Positions 5,972 to 15,614 of a stretch of DNA of 29,093 nt are shown here, one piece after another. Location: assembly GCA_036337435.1 (NCBI GenBank), contig JAYZEG010000060.1, positions 1 through 29,093 of the forward strand. The letters are read 5' to 3'. A model generated the notes under the pieces. The model was not told the origin of the DNA, searched no databases, and worked only from the letters and a program-made list of their open reading frames with translations. Source of the stretch: Myxococcota bacterium. GTDB lineage: Bacteria; Myxococcota_A; Bradymonadia; UBA7976; UBA1532. The position numbers and the translations under genes are program-made. The first letter of the stretch is position 1. Each line of letters begins with the position of its first letter.

Positions 5972-8589
5972 TGGGGGGCGGTCCATTCCCGATTGTCATC
6001 TCCGGCGATCCATGATTCCTCAGCAGCAATGAAAGACCCCGAGATGCGTGATTCACCATCTGACCCGCGGATCACTTCGAACACCAATCCAGTTTCATTG
6101 CGACCGATGGTAATTCGGTCACCCCGAACAATGCGATTTGCGAGAATCTGTTTGGCCATGGGTGTCTCGAACTGGTTTGCAATGGCACGTCGCATGGGTC
6201 TGGCACCCAGCTCAGGCTCAAAACCACCGGTTTCGATCAGGTAGTCTAGACCGTCGTCTGATGCTGTGAATGTGATGCCGCGCTCGGACGCCAGGGCATC
6301 GGAACGAGACTTGACCTGCAGTCTGGCAATTCGTTTGATTTCATCACGAGTCAAGGGATGGAAAACCAACTTACTTTCAATTCGGTTCCACAATTCAGGG
6401 GGAAATGTCGACTGGGCTTTTTCTTGTACTTTAGCTTCCAGTTGTTCGGGGTCCAGTCGGCCTGCTGCTGAAAATCCAATTCGACGGCCGTCCGCTGAGA
6501 ATGACTCGGCACCCAGATTGCTCGTCATCACAACCAATGTATTCGAGAAGTCAACCAAACGGCCTCGTGCATCACTCAAATGACCCTCGTCTAGAATTTG
6601 TAATAGTACATTCCAGACGTCACGATGACTCTTTTCGATCTCGTCGAATAGAACCACTTGATAGGGTCTCTGACGAATTCTATCGGTCAGTTGACCGCCC
6701 TCTTGGTGCCCTACGTACCCTGGCGGCGAGCCGATCAAACGGGACACGGAATGGGACTCCAAAAATTCGCTCATATCGAAGCGGACCAGTGCATCCCTTG
6801 ACCCGAAGAGGAATTGGGCCAACGCCTTGACCGCTTCTGTTTTTCCAACGCCTGTTGGGCCAAGAAAAAGAAAGGACCCGATAGGTTGGTTACTTGTGAA
6901 ACCAGCGAGATTCCTACGGATGGTCTCAGACACATTGACCAAAACGTGGCTTTGGCCAATGACATGCTCAGAAAGGCGCGTCTCCATACTTAAGAATCGA
7001 TCGGGATCATCCACTAAGAGATGTTCAATTGGGACTTGAGCATTTCGCGCAATGACTTCGGCAATGGCCCGTCGATCCACCGATGACCCCGCTCGCCTCG
7101 CAACCGCACCGGCCAAATCCAGAATGCTCAGAGCACGATCTGGGTCGCGCCGATCATGTAGATAACGGCGACCCAGATTGACAGCAGCTCTTATGGCCTC
7201 GTCTGCGTATCTGACGCCATGGTGGTCAGCGTACCGGTCTGTGACGGCCCGAACAATTTCGATGGTGTCGTCCACACTTGGCTCGTTCACATGAATACTC
7301 GTAAACCGCCGTTCTAAGGCTGAATCGCTTTCGACGTGCGTCCGATACTCGTCAATCGTCGTTGCACCAATACAAGGAAATTCACCCCTCGCTAATGCAG
7401 CTTTGAGTTCATTTGCGGCATCATGTGCTCCATCTCCTCCACCGGCCCCAATGAGGGTGTGAATTTCATCGATGAAAATGACGACGCGGCCGGCGGCATC
7501 TTTAATTTCCTCTTGCAAGCAGCGAAGCCGCTCGGCCAGAGAGCCTCGAAGATGGGTGCCAGCGAGAATGGCACCCACATCGATTTGGACGAAGATTCGC
7601 GTCACCTCGCCCTGCGCCGCCTTTTGCTGCCGAACAAACGCGGTCACAACCCCTTCGACCACAGCGGTTTTGCCCACTCCTGGCTCACCCACAAGGCACG
7701 GGTTGTTACTCCGTCGCTTATTAAGAACATCGATGACCTGCTCGATTTCACTGTCCCGGCTGATAACAGGATCGAATTTGTCTGCAGCCGCAAGTGAGCT
7801 GAGGTTCCGGCCTAATTTTGTCAATGCCGGATAGCGTTCCGGATCGAGGTCGAAAACCCCATTTTGGCCATCTGCCGTTAAATCATCAGCGCGTCGGTCA
7901 AGCCGTCGGCCGTTTGAATCAACTTTGTCGCCAGCCCGTCGGCCAGCCCCGTTTTGTCTTCTTTCTTCAGGTGTCTGCTGTCGCTTGGATTGAGCGCGTT
8001 GACGCCGATGACCCGTCTTACTGTCGGAACTTTTCACGGCGGGTGCCTGGACGGTGACTTCGCCGAGGGCGGGTAAGTCCAAGTCTGTATCGGTTTGCTC
8101 GCGTAGATTGGTTCTCAACTCAGCATACGATGCCGTTTCTTGACGCCCCGAATGCAGACCAGGCGAGGGCGACCAATGTTCTGGTGCACCCTCGGCGGCG
8201 TAATCGAGCGCACGCTCCCGAAGCCGTTTCATGGATACGCCTGCTCGCACCAATAATCGATACGCAATGCCATCTGCGAGCTCAGTGAGTGCGATGAGCA
8301 GATGAAGACAGAAGATCGCGTCAGAAGCCGTCGATTCTGCAAATGCACCGGAACGACTTTCTGCGATGGTAGACAATCCGCTCCGCTCAGTTTCTTTTGG
8401 ATCGAATCGCGCAAGTAAGGTCTCTTCATTAATTCCAAAATCGTGAAGCAGCATTTCCGCAGAATTTGGCACCACAAAAAACGCAAAGAGAATATGGGCT
8501 GTTGTAAAATCCGGGTCCGCTTGTTTTGCGATGTCGCGCGCTTGTTCCAATACTTTCTTCGAGTTGGTGCTGAAGGTTTTTGCGGACAC
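5968..8589 (-). CDS. ClpA/ClpC-family ATP-dependent Clp protease ATP-binding subunit (atypical)
   Basis: Probable GTG start at 8589 with a GGAG SD. Clp-N domain, NBD1 (GEPGVGKT, IFIDE), NBD2 (GPTGVGKT, PPGYVG, LFDEIEK) and a ClpP-docking IGF loop. No coiled-coil middle domain. Confidence 0.93.
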   Translation of the reverse strand: MSAKTFSTNSKKVLEQARDIAKQADPDFTTAHILFAFFVVPNSAEMLLHDFGINEETLLARFDPKETERSGLSTIAESRSGAFAESTASDAIFCLHLLIALTELADGIAYRLLVRAGVSMKRLRERALDYAAEGAPEHWSPSPGLHSGRQETASYAELRTNLREQTDTDLDLPALGEVTVQAPAVKSSDSKTGHRRQRAQSKRQQTPEERRQNGAGRRAGDKVDSNGRRLDRRADDLTADGQNGVFDLDPERYPALTKLGRNLSSLAAADKFDPVISRDSEIEQVIDVLNKRRSNNPCLVGEPGVGKTAVVEGVVTAFVRQQKAAQGEVTRIFVQIDVGAILAGTHLRGSLAERLRCLQEEIKDAAGRVVIFIDEIHTLIGAGGGDGAHDAANELKAALARGEFPCIGATTIDEYRTHVESDSALERRFTSIHVNEPSVDDTIEIVRAVTDRYADHHGVRYADEAIRAAVNLGRRYLHDRRDPDRALSILDLAGAVARRAGSSVDRRAIAEVIARNAQVPIEHLLVDDPDRFLSMETRLSEHVIGQSHVLVNVSETIRRNLAGFTSNQPIGSFLFLGPTGVGKTEAVKALAQFLFGSRDALVRFDMSEFLESHSVSRLIGSPPGYVGHQEGGQLTDRIRQRPYQVVLFDEIEKSHRDVWNVLLQILDEGHLSDARGRLVDFSNTLVVMTSNLGAESFSADGRRIGFSAAGRLDPEQLEAKVQEKAQSTFPPELWNRIESKLVFHPLTRDEIKRIARLQVKSRSDALASERGITFTASDDGLDYLIETGGFEPELGARPMRRAIANQFETPMAKQILANRIVRGDRITIGRNETGLVFEVIRGSDGESRISGSFIAAEESWIAGDDNREWTAPH

Positions 8590-8702
8590 GTTCAATGGAC
8601 TCCAAAAAAACGAGCGAGTGAGCGTTAAATCGCGACCAAGATGAAGTTGCCGATACCGCCATTGACGGCTATTGTGTCTCTTGACTCGATCGCAATCACT
8701 AT

Positions 8703-8723
8703 ATGTGGGTAATTTACCCACAT
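8703..8723. promoter_or_regulatory. Perfect 21-bp palindrome, candidate operator between divergent clp and udk
   Basis: ATGTGGGTAA-T-TTACCCACAT. Confidence 0.55.
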
Positions 8724-8747
8724 TGTTGTCCAAAAGGAACCCCGAAA

Positions 8748-9383
8748 ATGAAGCCGGTCGTACTAGGCATTGCTGGAGGCACAGGGTCGGGTAAAACCAC
8801 CGTTGCTCGTGCCATTGTCGAGCGTATCGGCGGAGACCGCGTCGCATACTTTGAACACGACTGTTATTACCGAGACCTGAGTAACTTTGACATCGAAGCC
8901 CGCCGACAAGTTAATTTTGATCATCCAGACGCCTTCGAGACGGAACTGCTTGTTGACCAAGTGTCGCAATTGTTGTCTGGCCAGAGCGTTCACCAACCAA
9001 AGTACAGCTATACCGAAAGCGTAAGACTTGCTGAGACCCAGCTCGTTCAGCCTCGCCCACTCGTGGTCATCGAAGGGATCTTGGTGCCCGAGAATAAACC
9101 GCTGCGAAATTTGATGGATGTAAAAATCTTTGTCGACACCGACGACGATATCCGTCTTCTGCGTCGAGTGCGTCGTGACACCAGCGAGCGGGGGCGTAAT
9201 TTGGACAGTGTGCTCGGACAGTATGAGGCCACAGTTCGACCCATGCATTTGGCCTTCGTGCATCCATCACGTCGGCATGCGGATGTGATCATTCCCCGGG
9301 GGGGTCGCAATCACGTGGCCATCAATATGGTTGCTGATGCGTTGAAACGCCGCCTTGATAAACAGGCTGCCCCACACTCATGA
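8748..9383 (+). CDS. udk: Uridine kinase
   Basis: ATG 8748 follows AAGGA. Motifs GIAGGTGSGKTT, HDCYY, NFDHPDAF, EGIL, RRVRRD..ERGR, ADVIIPRGG.N. Confidence 0.95.
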   Translation: MKPVVLGIAGGTGSGKTTVARAIVERIGGDRVAYFEHDCYYRDLSNFDIEARRQVNFDHPDAFETELLVDQVSQLLSGQSVHQPKYSYTESVRLAETQLVQPRPLVVIEGILVPENKPLRNLMDVKIFVDTDDDIRLLRRVRRDTSERGRNLDSVLGQYEATVRPMHLAFVHPSRRHADVIIPRGGRNHVAINMVADALKRRLDKQAAPHS

Positions 9384-10012
9384 TCTCCATCGAGAGTCTG
9401 AGGACTCGCTTGCACGAGCGGATACGTCGGTGCGATCAGCGCCCGGGCTTCGCGGCGGTTCTTGTGCCACTTCTCGACGTTGATGGCCAACTGTCACTCC
9501 TGTTGACCCGTCGAACTGAAAAATTATCGACTCATAAAGGTCACGTTGCTTTTCCCGGTGGGCGGATTGATGACGGGGACGATGGCGAGGTCGGAGCTGC
9601 GTTGCGAGAGGCTCATGAGGAAGTCGGTTTACCCCGTGATATGGTCGACGTCATCGGGATGCTCGATGACTTTCCCACGGTGACTGACGATATGGTGGTC
9701 ACGCCAGTGATTGGCTGGATTGAAGGAGAGCCTGACCTGACCGCCAATGAAAATGAGGTCGCTCGGATTTTTACCATTCCCATAGATGCCCTGATGAATG
9801 GTGATGCCTGGGTCGTTCGATATTGGGACAAGAACGGATCGGATTACCCGGTCTTCTATTTTGACTGGGACGGAGAAACGCTGTGGGGGCTGAGCGCATA
9901 CATCACTCTGCAACTTTTGAGTCTTATGCCAGATGGACCCCCAATCGATTTGCCGCCACCCTACGGACGTGGACAGATGAAAGGGCACCCTCAAGCCATC
10001 AGTCAAGATTGA
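9380..10012 (+). CDS. Nudix hydrolase, CoA pyrophosphatase (NudL/PCD1) subfamily
   Basis: AAVLVPL, LLTRR...L.THKGHVAFPGG (CoA-diphosphatase motif), Nudix box ALREAHEEVG, and LWGLSA. ATGA-coupled to udk. Confidence 0.9.
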   Translation: MISIESLRTRLHERIRRCDQRPGFAAVLVPLLDVDGQLSLLLTRRTEKLSTHKGHVAFPGGRIDDGDDGEVGAALREAHEEVGLPRDMVDVIGMLDDFPTVTDDMVVTPVIGWIEGEPDLTANENEVARIFTIPIDALMNGDAWVVRYWDKNGSDYPVFYFDWDGETLWGLSAYITLQLLSLMPDGPPIDLPPPYGRGQMKGHPQAISQD

Positions 10013-10457
10013 GCCGCCAAGTTGTCCAGCCAGTCAGGGGCTCGGCACCGAGTCCGCGGTAGAAATTGATAGCCAGCTCATTCCAATTGAGAACGGACCA
10101 CTCGAGCCGCTTGTAGCCCCGCGCTTGGCCCAGTATTTTTAGTTCGTAGATGAGCCGACGGCCGATACCTTGACGGCGATGGCTTGATTCTACGTATAAA
10201 TCTTCTAAATAAAGACCGGCTTGTCCTCGCCACGTCGAATAAGAGGTGAAGAAAAGAGCGAAGCCGACCAGTCGTCCCTCGTCAGCCTCGGCTACAAGAC
10301 TTTCAAATGGGGGCTGTACACTGCCCAATTGAGCAGCCAGTGTTTCGGCAGTTGCTTCGACGGCGTTCGGTTCTTTCTCATAGGCTGCTAGAGCGACGAT
10401 TAAACGGACTAACTCCGCCGCATCTGCTTGAATCGCTGGACGAATGGTCACCGCCAT
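9999..10457 (-). CDS. GNAT N-acetyltransferase, spermidine/spermine (diamine) acetyltransferase-like
   Basis: LAAYEK, YSTWRG, LYLEDLYV, RRQGIG, LEWSVLNWN..AI.FY..LGA. Confidence 0.88.
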   Translation of the reverse strand: MAVTIRPAIQADAAELVRLIVALAAYEKEPNAVEATAETLAAQLGSVQPPFESLVAEADEGRLVGFALFFTSYSTWRGQAGLYLEDLYVESSHRRQGIGRRLIYELKILGQARGYKRLEWSVLNWNELAINFYRGLGAEPLTGWTTWRLNLD

Positions 10458-10574
10458 TTATCTAACCCCACTTGATACGGACAAAAAAATATGGACCGCG
10501 ATTATCCTATCTCATTTGATCCGTTTCCGAATGAACTAAAAACAACATATTTGCAGTGATTTGCCACAGTGTGA

Positions 10575-10603
10575 TTGTGATCCAAAGCCAGCGGTTCTAT
10601 TGT
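10575..10603 (+). promoter_or_regulatory. Putative sigma70 promoter placing the transcription start at the coaBC ATG
   Basis: TTGTGA (10575-10580), 17-nt spacer, TATTGT (10598-10603), 7 nt before ATG 10611. No SD present. Confidence 0.45.
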
Positions 10604-10610
10604 CGGCCAC

Positions 10611-11816
10611 ATGCTAGCTGGACGAACCATACACCTCTGCGTTACAGGCGGGATTGCAGCCTATAAAGCAGCGGAGCTCGCGCGCCTGATGATCAAGGCG
10701 GGGGCTCAGGTCCAGGTTGCGATGACCGAAAATGCGCAGAACTTCATTGGTGCGCTCACATTTCAGGCATTGACCCAGCGACCCGTATACACTCTGACGC
10801 TCGACCCAACCGAAGAACTGGAGATTGGACACATTGCGTTTGCACAAGACGCAGACGCGATCGTCGTTGCTCCAGCAACCGCTAACATTATCGCCAAAGC
10901 CGCGATGGGCATTGCCGATGACCTGGTATCGACAATCCTTTCGGCAACGGACCGTCCCGTGGTGGTTGCGCCAGCGATGAACACGACCATGTATCATCAG
11001 CAAACGGTACAGGATAATCTTGAGACCCTTAGAGAGAGAGGGTGGGCGGTCGTTCCACCCGCCGAAGGAGAGCTGGCTTGTGGCGCCATCGGCCCCGGTC
11101 GGCTTGCTGAGCACAGCAGTATCATCAACACATTGGTCGACTGTCTGACGAAAACAATGCCTCTCTTGGGCAAACGCGTTCTTGTGACCGCCGGACCAAC
11201 GAGAGAACGACTTGACCCAGTCCGATTCATGAGTAATCCGTCTACAGGACGGATGGGTCTAGCTGTTGCCGAAGCGGCGGTTCTCGCTGGGGCTCAGGTG
11301 ACATTGATTCATGGACCGACCGAACTTGATATACCCGCATCAATTGAGGCCGTACCGATCGAATCCGCGCGGGAGATGTACGATGCCGTACTCTCGCGAA
11401 TCGAGACCATTGACGCTCTTTTTATGAGTGCAGCTGTGGCCGATTGGACGCCCGAGACCGTGTCCGAGACAAAGCAGAAAAAGGTTGATGGTCCACTGGT
11501 TGTTAAGTTTGTACGAACGCCGGATATTTTAGCCGAGGTTGGTCGACGCCGACGCGGTCACAAACCCATTCTCGTCGGCTGGGCTGCGGAGACGGAATCC
11601 GTTCTGGAGGCGGCTCGTGCAAAGCTGTCGAGTAAAAAAGTCGACATGATCGTCGGGAATAATGTCTCTGAGCCAGGGTGCGGTTTTGGGACCGACACCA
11701 ACGCTGTCATTTTGGTGGAAGAGCATGCGGTTACGCCACTGGCCATGCAGCCCAAGGCGGCGATAGGGCGTCACCTAATCACCTGGCTCACGGCCAAACT
11801 GGCTGTGGCATCATGA
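10611..11816 (+). CDS. coaBC: Bifunctional phosphopantothenoylcysteine decarboxylase / phosphopantothenate-cysteine ligase
   Basis: [67 protein letters not shown]. Confidence 0.96.
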   Translation: MLAGRTIHLCVTGGIAAYKAAELARLMIKAGAQVQVAMTENAQNFIGALTFQALTQRPVYTLTLDPTEELEIGHIAFAQDADAIVVAPATANIIAKAAMGIADDLVSTILSATDRPVVVAPAMNTTMYHQQTVQDNLETLRERGWAVVPPAEGELACGAIGPGRLAEHSSIINTLVDCLTKTMPLLGKRVLVTAGPTRERLDPVRFMSNPSTGRMGLAVAEAAVLAGAQVTLIHGPTELDIPASIEAVPIESAREMYDAVLSRIETIDALFMSAAVADWTPETVSETKQKKVDGPLVVKFVRTPDILAEVGRRRRGHKPILVGWAAETESVLEAARAKLSSKKVDMIVGNNVSEPGCGFGTDTNAVILVEEHAVTPLAMQPKAAIGRHLITWLTAKLAVAS

Positions 11817-12748
11817 GCCGAAAATACAGGCGTTTGGTCGATTGGGTCAGTGCGCTCAAAGGAGCAGTTCAGTGGCACATGGAGACAGGAGATGCATCCC
11901 TGCCTGTTCCGGATGGGTATAGGGTGCCCCGCTTCGATGGATTAGAGACTCAGACTGATTCGCAAATTCCTGGTGAGTCCGCGCCGCCTCGTGCACACGC
12001 TAAGTCTGGTGATGCGGCTGGGATGTTTGAATCCGCATTTGAATCGGATTCGAACAAGTCTGACGACAAGCGGGCCATCGGCCGACCAAAGCATACATTT
12101 TCCCAGCCGGAGAAACCGTGTTGGCAATTGATTCCCATCGATATCAATGTGGAGGGAAGTGAAATGGGACAGCGAGCAGCGTCTCTGCAGGCACTCAGGG
12201 ATCAGGTCACTGATGGGACACTTTGCTCGGCAGAGTGCAACCATACAGAATATGTTTTCGGCCAGGGACACCCGGGTGCCAAACTGCTGTTTATAGCCGA
12301 TGCACCTGGGCCGAGAGAAGATGAACTTGGATTGCCATTTGTCGATGAATCTGGTCGATTGCTCGCGAGGATGATTCGGGCGATGGGACTCAAGCGCAAC
12401 GACGTCTACTTAACGTATTTGGTGAAGTGCTACTGTCCTAATAAATCTGTCGAGGAACAGTTGGATGATTGGGCGGGCGTGGTGGCGACAGAAATTCAAA
12501 TCGTCAAGCCGGATGTCATCATTGCGCTCGGGGAGCTTACAGCGCGTCGCTTGACCGGTCGCAAGGACGCCTTTCCCCATTTGAGGGGGAAATGGTTCGA
12601 TTACGAGGGCATTCCTATTCTCCCAACATTTCATCCCGAGGCATTACTTCAATTTCCTCAGAGCAAATCGCTGGTCTGGACTGACCTGAAGGCGGTCATG
12701 CGCAACCTGGGTCTCTCGGCTCAAGGGCCTGGAACCCAAAAAAAATAG
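11813..12748 (+). CDS. Uracil-DNA glycosylase family 4-like protein with a divergent active site
   Basis: ATG 11813 overlaps the coaBC stop. VFGQG, DAPG..ED..GLPFV, LL..MI, VKC, P.VIIALG, LRGKW, PTFHP.ALL, W.DL. Confidence 0.85.
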   Translation: MSRKYRRLVDWVSALKGAVQWHMETGDASLPVPDGYRVPRFDGLETQTDSQIPGESAPPRAHAKSGDAAGMFESAFESDSNKSDDKRAIGRPKHTFSQPEKPCWQLIPIDINVEGSEMGQRAASLQALRDQVTDGTLCSAECNHTEYVFGQGHPGAKLLFIADAPGPREDELGLPFVDESGRLLARMIRAMGLKRNDVYLTYLVKCYCPNKSVEEQLDDWAGVVATEIQIVKPDVIIALGELTARRLTGRKDAFPHLRGKWFDYEGIPILPTFHPEALLQFPQSKSLVWTDLKAVMRNLGLSAQGPGTQKK

Positions 12749-12769
12749 GGCTTTGTAGGAGCACGAGCT

Positions 12770-14242
12770 ATGCAAGATAATTTTCGTGGCCAATTCATTA
12801 ATGGACAGTTCACATCCTACGCAGACGAAATTGAATTCAGTTCATTTAATCCCGCTCAGGACCACCGGGTTGTGACCGTAGCGGGCGAGAGTACGAATGC
12901 GGTTAATGATGCCCTTGATTGCGCTCGAAGGGCGGCACCAGCTTGGCGGCGTGCTGGTCTGGATGCGCGAATCTCAGCACTCCGAGCCGTCCAAGAAATG
13001 GTGCCAGCGCATGTTGACTCAATCGCCGACGCCATCACCGCAGAAATGGGCAAGACGCGGTCTGAAGCCCTCGTCGAAGCGCGTTCAATCGCTGGGAAAA
13101 TTGATGGTGTCATTAAGCAACTGAGTTCCGAATTACCGTCTGCACATATCGGTGCCCCGGGAGAACAGCGTTTTCATCCGCTTGGGGTCGTCGGTATTAT
13201 CGGCCCTTTTAATTTCCCGATTCATCTTCTCAATACGCATGTAATTCCAAGTCTTTTGACCGGGAACACGGTTGTCGTTAAACCCTCCGACGTCACGCCA
13301 TTATGCGGTCAGCGTTACGCTGAATTATTTATGGACGCGGGTTTTCCTCCGGGCGTCTTGAATGTGGTTCACGGCGGTGGCCGGACCGGTGCTGCGTTGG
13401 CTGAGCATCGAGAGACCGATGGCCTCGTTTTTACCGGGAGTTATGCGACCGGTCGACGCATTCGGCAAGCTACCTTTGACATGCCGCACAAGAAGATATC
13501 CCTCGAACTTGGCGGGAAGAATCCGGCGGTTGTTCTCGATGATGCTGACTTGGAACAAGCGGTTCGCGAGATCCTGCTGGGGGCATTACTCACGACCGGA
13601 CAACGCTGTACAGCGACCTCTCGAGTGATCGTGACACCGGGTCTCGCAAATGACCTCCGAAGTCGCTTAACCAAGGCCTTCGAATGTGTCAGGCCCGGCG
13701 ACCCAATGGACAGCGCAACCTTCATGGGACCCTTGGCTAATGGCCGAGCGAAAGAGCGATTTCTTGCTTTGTTGTCCGATGCAAGAGCGCAGGGGGCTCA
13801 GGTTCTTGTGGAGGCTGAAGGTCTTGACGGCGGTGCTTGGGTCACGCCGGGGCTGTACGAAGTGACCGGGGCCGCGTCATTTCTGCGTGAGGAACTTTGG
13901 GGTCCTCATATCGCATTCGAATGTGCGTCTGATGCCAATGATGCTTTCCGGCGTGCAGCCAATACGCCCTATGGGTTGAGTGCATCCCTGTTTAGTGCCT
14001 CTGAAGATGCCCTCGAGACCTTCTACGATCGGGTTCGGGTCGGTGTGGTGAACTTCAATCGCAGCACCAACGGCGCGTCGGGTCTCCTGCCTTTTGGCGG
14101 GATTGGTATGAGTGGGAATTGGCGTCCAGCTGGGTCGTGCGCGCCGAGGTTATCCACCTATCCTGTCGCATTCATGAAGGCGGCATTTGGTGCTGTGACT
14201 CAGAACATCAACCTTGAGAGTCTGTTGACCGAATCGAATTGA
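12770..14242 (+). CDS. NAD(P)-dependent aldehyde dehydrogenase (semialdehyde dehydrogenase-like)
   Basis: AGGAG SD. GPFNFP, VKPS, FTGS, catalytic LELGGKN and GQRCTA, EELWGP, PFGG.G.SGN. Confidence 0.93.
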   Translation: MQDNFRGQFINGQFTSYADEIEFSSFNPAQDHRVVTVAGESTNAVNDALDCARRAAPAWRRAGLDARISALRAVQEMVPAHVDSIADAITAEMGKTRSEALVEARSIAGKIDGVIKQLSSELPSAHIGAPGEQRFHPLGVVGIIGPFNFPIHLLNTHVIPSLLTGNTVVVKPSDVTPLCGQRYAELFMDAGFPPGVLNVVHGGGRTGAALAEHRETDGLVFTGSYATGRRIRQATFDMPHKKISLELGGKNPAVVLDDADLEQAVREILLGALLTTGQRCTATSRVIVTPGLANDLRSRLTKAFECVRPGDPMDSATFMGPLANGRAKERFLALLSDARAQGAQVLVEAEGLDGGAWVTPGLYEVTGAASFLREELWGPHIAFECASDANDAFRRAANTPYGLSASLFSASEDALETFYDRVRVGVVNFNRSTNGASGLLPFGGIGMSGNWRPAGSCAPRLSTYPVAFMKAAFGAVTQNINLESLLTESN

Positions 14243-14294
14243 CCCGTTTGTCGGATCCGAGGATAGTCGAGTTTGGTGGCCATGGAGTCTGATT

Positions 14295-15614
14295 ATGTCG
14301 TCTCTTGAACAACGGCAAAACAAACATGTTTTCTATACTTGGACAGCGCAGAATGCGGCCAAGCCAATTCATATTTCAAAAGCCGATGGTGCATGTTTTT
14401 TCGATGAAAAAGGTGATCGCTGGTTCGACTTTGAAAGCCAGGTATTCAATTGCAACGTTGGGCATGGGCAGAGTGCAATCGCTGATGCCATCGCTCGGCA
14501 AGCAAGCGACCTCGCGTGCGCGCACCCGGCGGCTGTGTTTGAAACCAAGGCCCGGCTGGGAGAAAAACTGGCCGAGATTACGCCCGGTGACCTCAATCGA
14601 TTTTTCTTCTGTTTGTCGGGCTCAGAGGCAATTGAGAATGCGTATAAGATGGCGCGTTTACTGACGGGACGAAAAAAAGTGATCGCCCGTCGTCGAAGCT
14701 ATCACGGCGCGTCCATGGGCGCACTCTCGTTGACGGGAGATCCAAGACGGTGGCCATTGGAGCCCGGGCTTTGGGGCGTCTTGCGGGCTGAAGACCCGTA
14801 CTGTTATCGCTGCCCTTTTGGCGTAAAGCCGGATGGGTGCGGAATGCTCTGTGCGAGCCACATTGAACACATTATCGAAATGGAGGGAGCGGATAACGTA
14901 GCGGCTGTTTTTCTCGAAGGTGTGACGGGCACCAATGGCGGCTTTATTCCACCGGATGGTTATTGGCAGCGTGTTCGTGAAATTTGCGATAAACATCAGA
15001 TCTTATTGGTTGCTGATGAAGTGTTCTCAGGGTTTGGCCGGACGGGGTCTTGGTTTGCAGTCGACCATTGGAATGTTGTTCCCGACATCATCACCATGGC
15101 AAAAGGCCTGACTGGAGGGTACGCCCCAATGGGGGCTGTCGCCATTCGTGAGTCTCTCGCTGAACGGTTTGATTATGAAACGCTCTGGTGCGGTCTCACC
15201 GGGTATGCACATCCCATATCATGTGCGGCGGCAGATGCAGCCATTGACGTGTATCGTGACCAGGGCTTAATCGAGAACGCAAGAGCGCGCGGTGACCAGC
15301 TGACGCAGTGGCTCAATCATCTGAAGAGTCGTTTCGACGTCATCGGTGATGTACGGAATCTGGGGCTCTTTGGCACCATCGACTTTGTTAAATCGAGAGC
15401 AGAAAGGACGCCTTTGCAGCCCTATCCGTCAAGCGGTGACGCGGCCAGTTGGACTGGGCGCTTGCGGGCCGGACTGAGTCAACGACGAGTTCATATCGCT
15501 CAGAAATGGACCCATCTGTTCATTGCGCCGCCACTTTGTATATCCGAATCGGAGCTCGATGAGGGCATGGCACTCATCGAAGACACGCTAAATGAACTGG
15601 GGGACCCAAATTGA
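14295..15614 (+). CDS. Class III PLP-dependent (omega-amino acid) aminotransferase
   Basis: SGSEAIENA, SYHG, DEVFSGFGRTG, PDIITMAKGLTGGY (PLP Lys). Confidence 0.92.
   Translation: MSSLEQRQNKHVFYTWTAQNAAKPIHISKADGACFFDEKGDRWFDFESQVFNCNVGHGQSAIADAIARQASDLACAHPAAVFETKARLGEKLAEITPGDLNRFFFCLSGSEAIENAYKMARLLTGRKKVIARRRSYHGASMGALSLTGDPRRWPLEPGLWGVLRAEDPYCYRCPFGVKPDGCGMLCASHIEHIIEMEGADNVAAVFLEGVTGTNGGFIPPDGYWQRVREICDKHQILLVADEVFSGFGRTGSWFAVDHWNVVPDIITMAKGLTGGYAPMGAVAIRESLAERFDYETLWCGLTGYAHPISCAAADAAIDVYRDQGLIENARARGDQLTQWLNHLKSRFDVIGDVRNLGLFGTIDFVKSRAERTPLQPYPSSGDAASWTGRLRAGLSQRRVHIAQKWTHLFIAPPLCISESELDEGMALIEDTLNELGDPN

Noticed and set aside
8590..8847. N-terminal 86 aa of the 959-aa Clp ORF and the apparent clp/udk overlap
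   Set aside because: SD-supported starts at 8589 (clp) and 8748 (udk) leave a normal divergent intergenic region.
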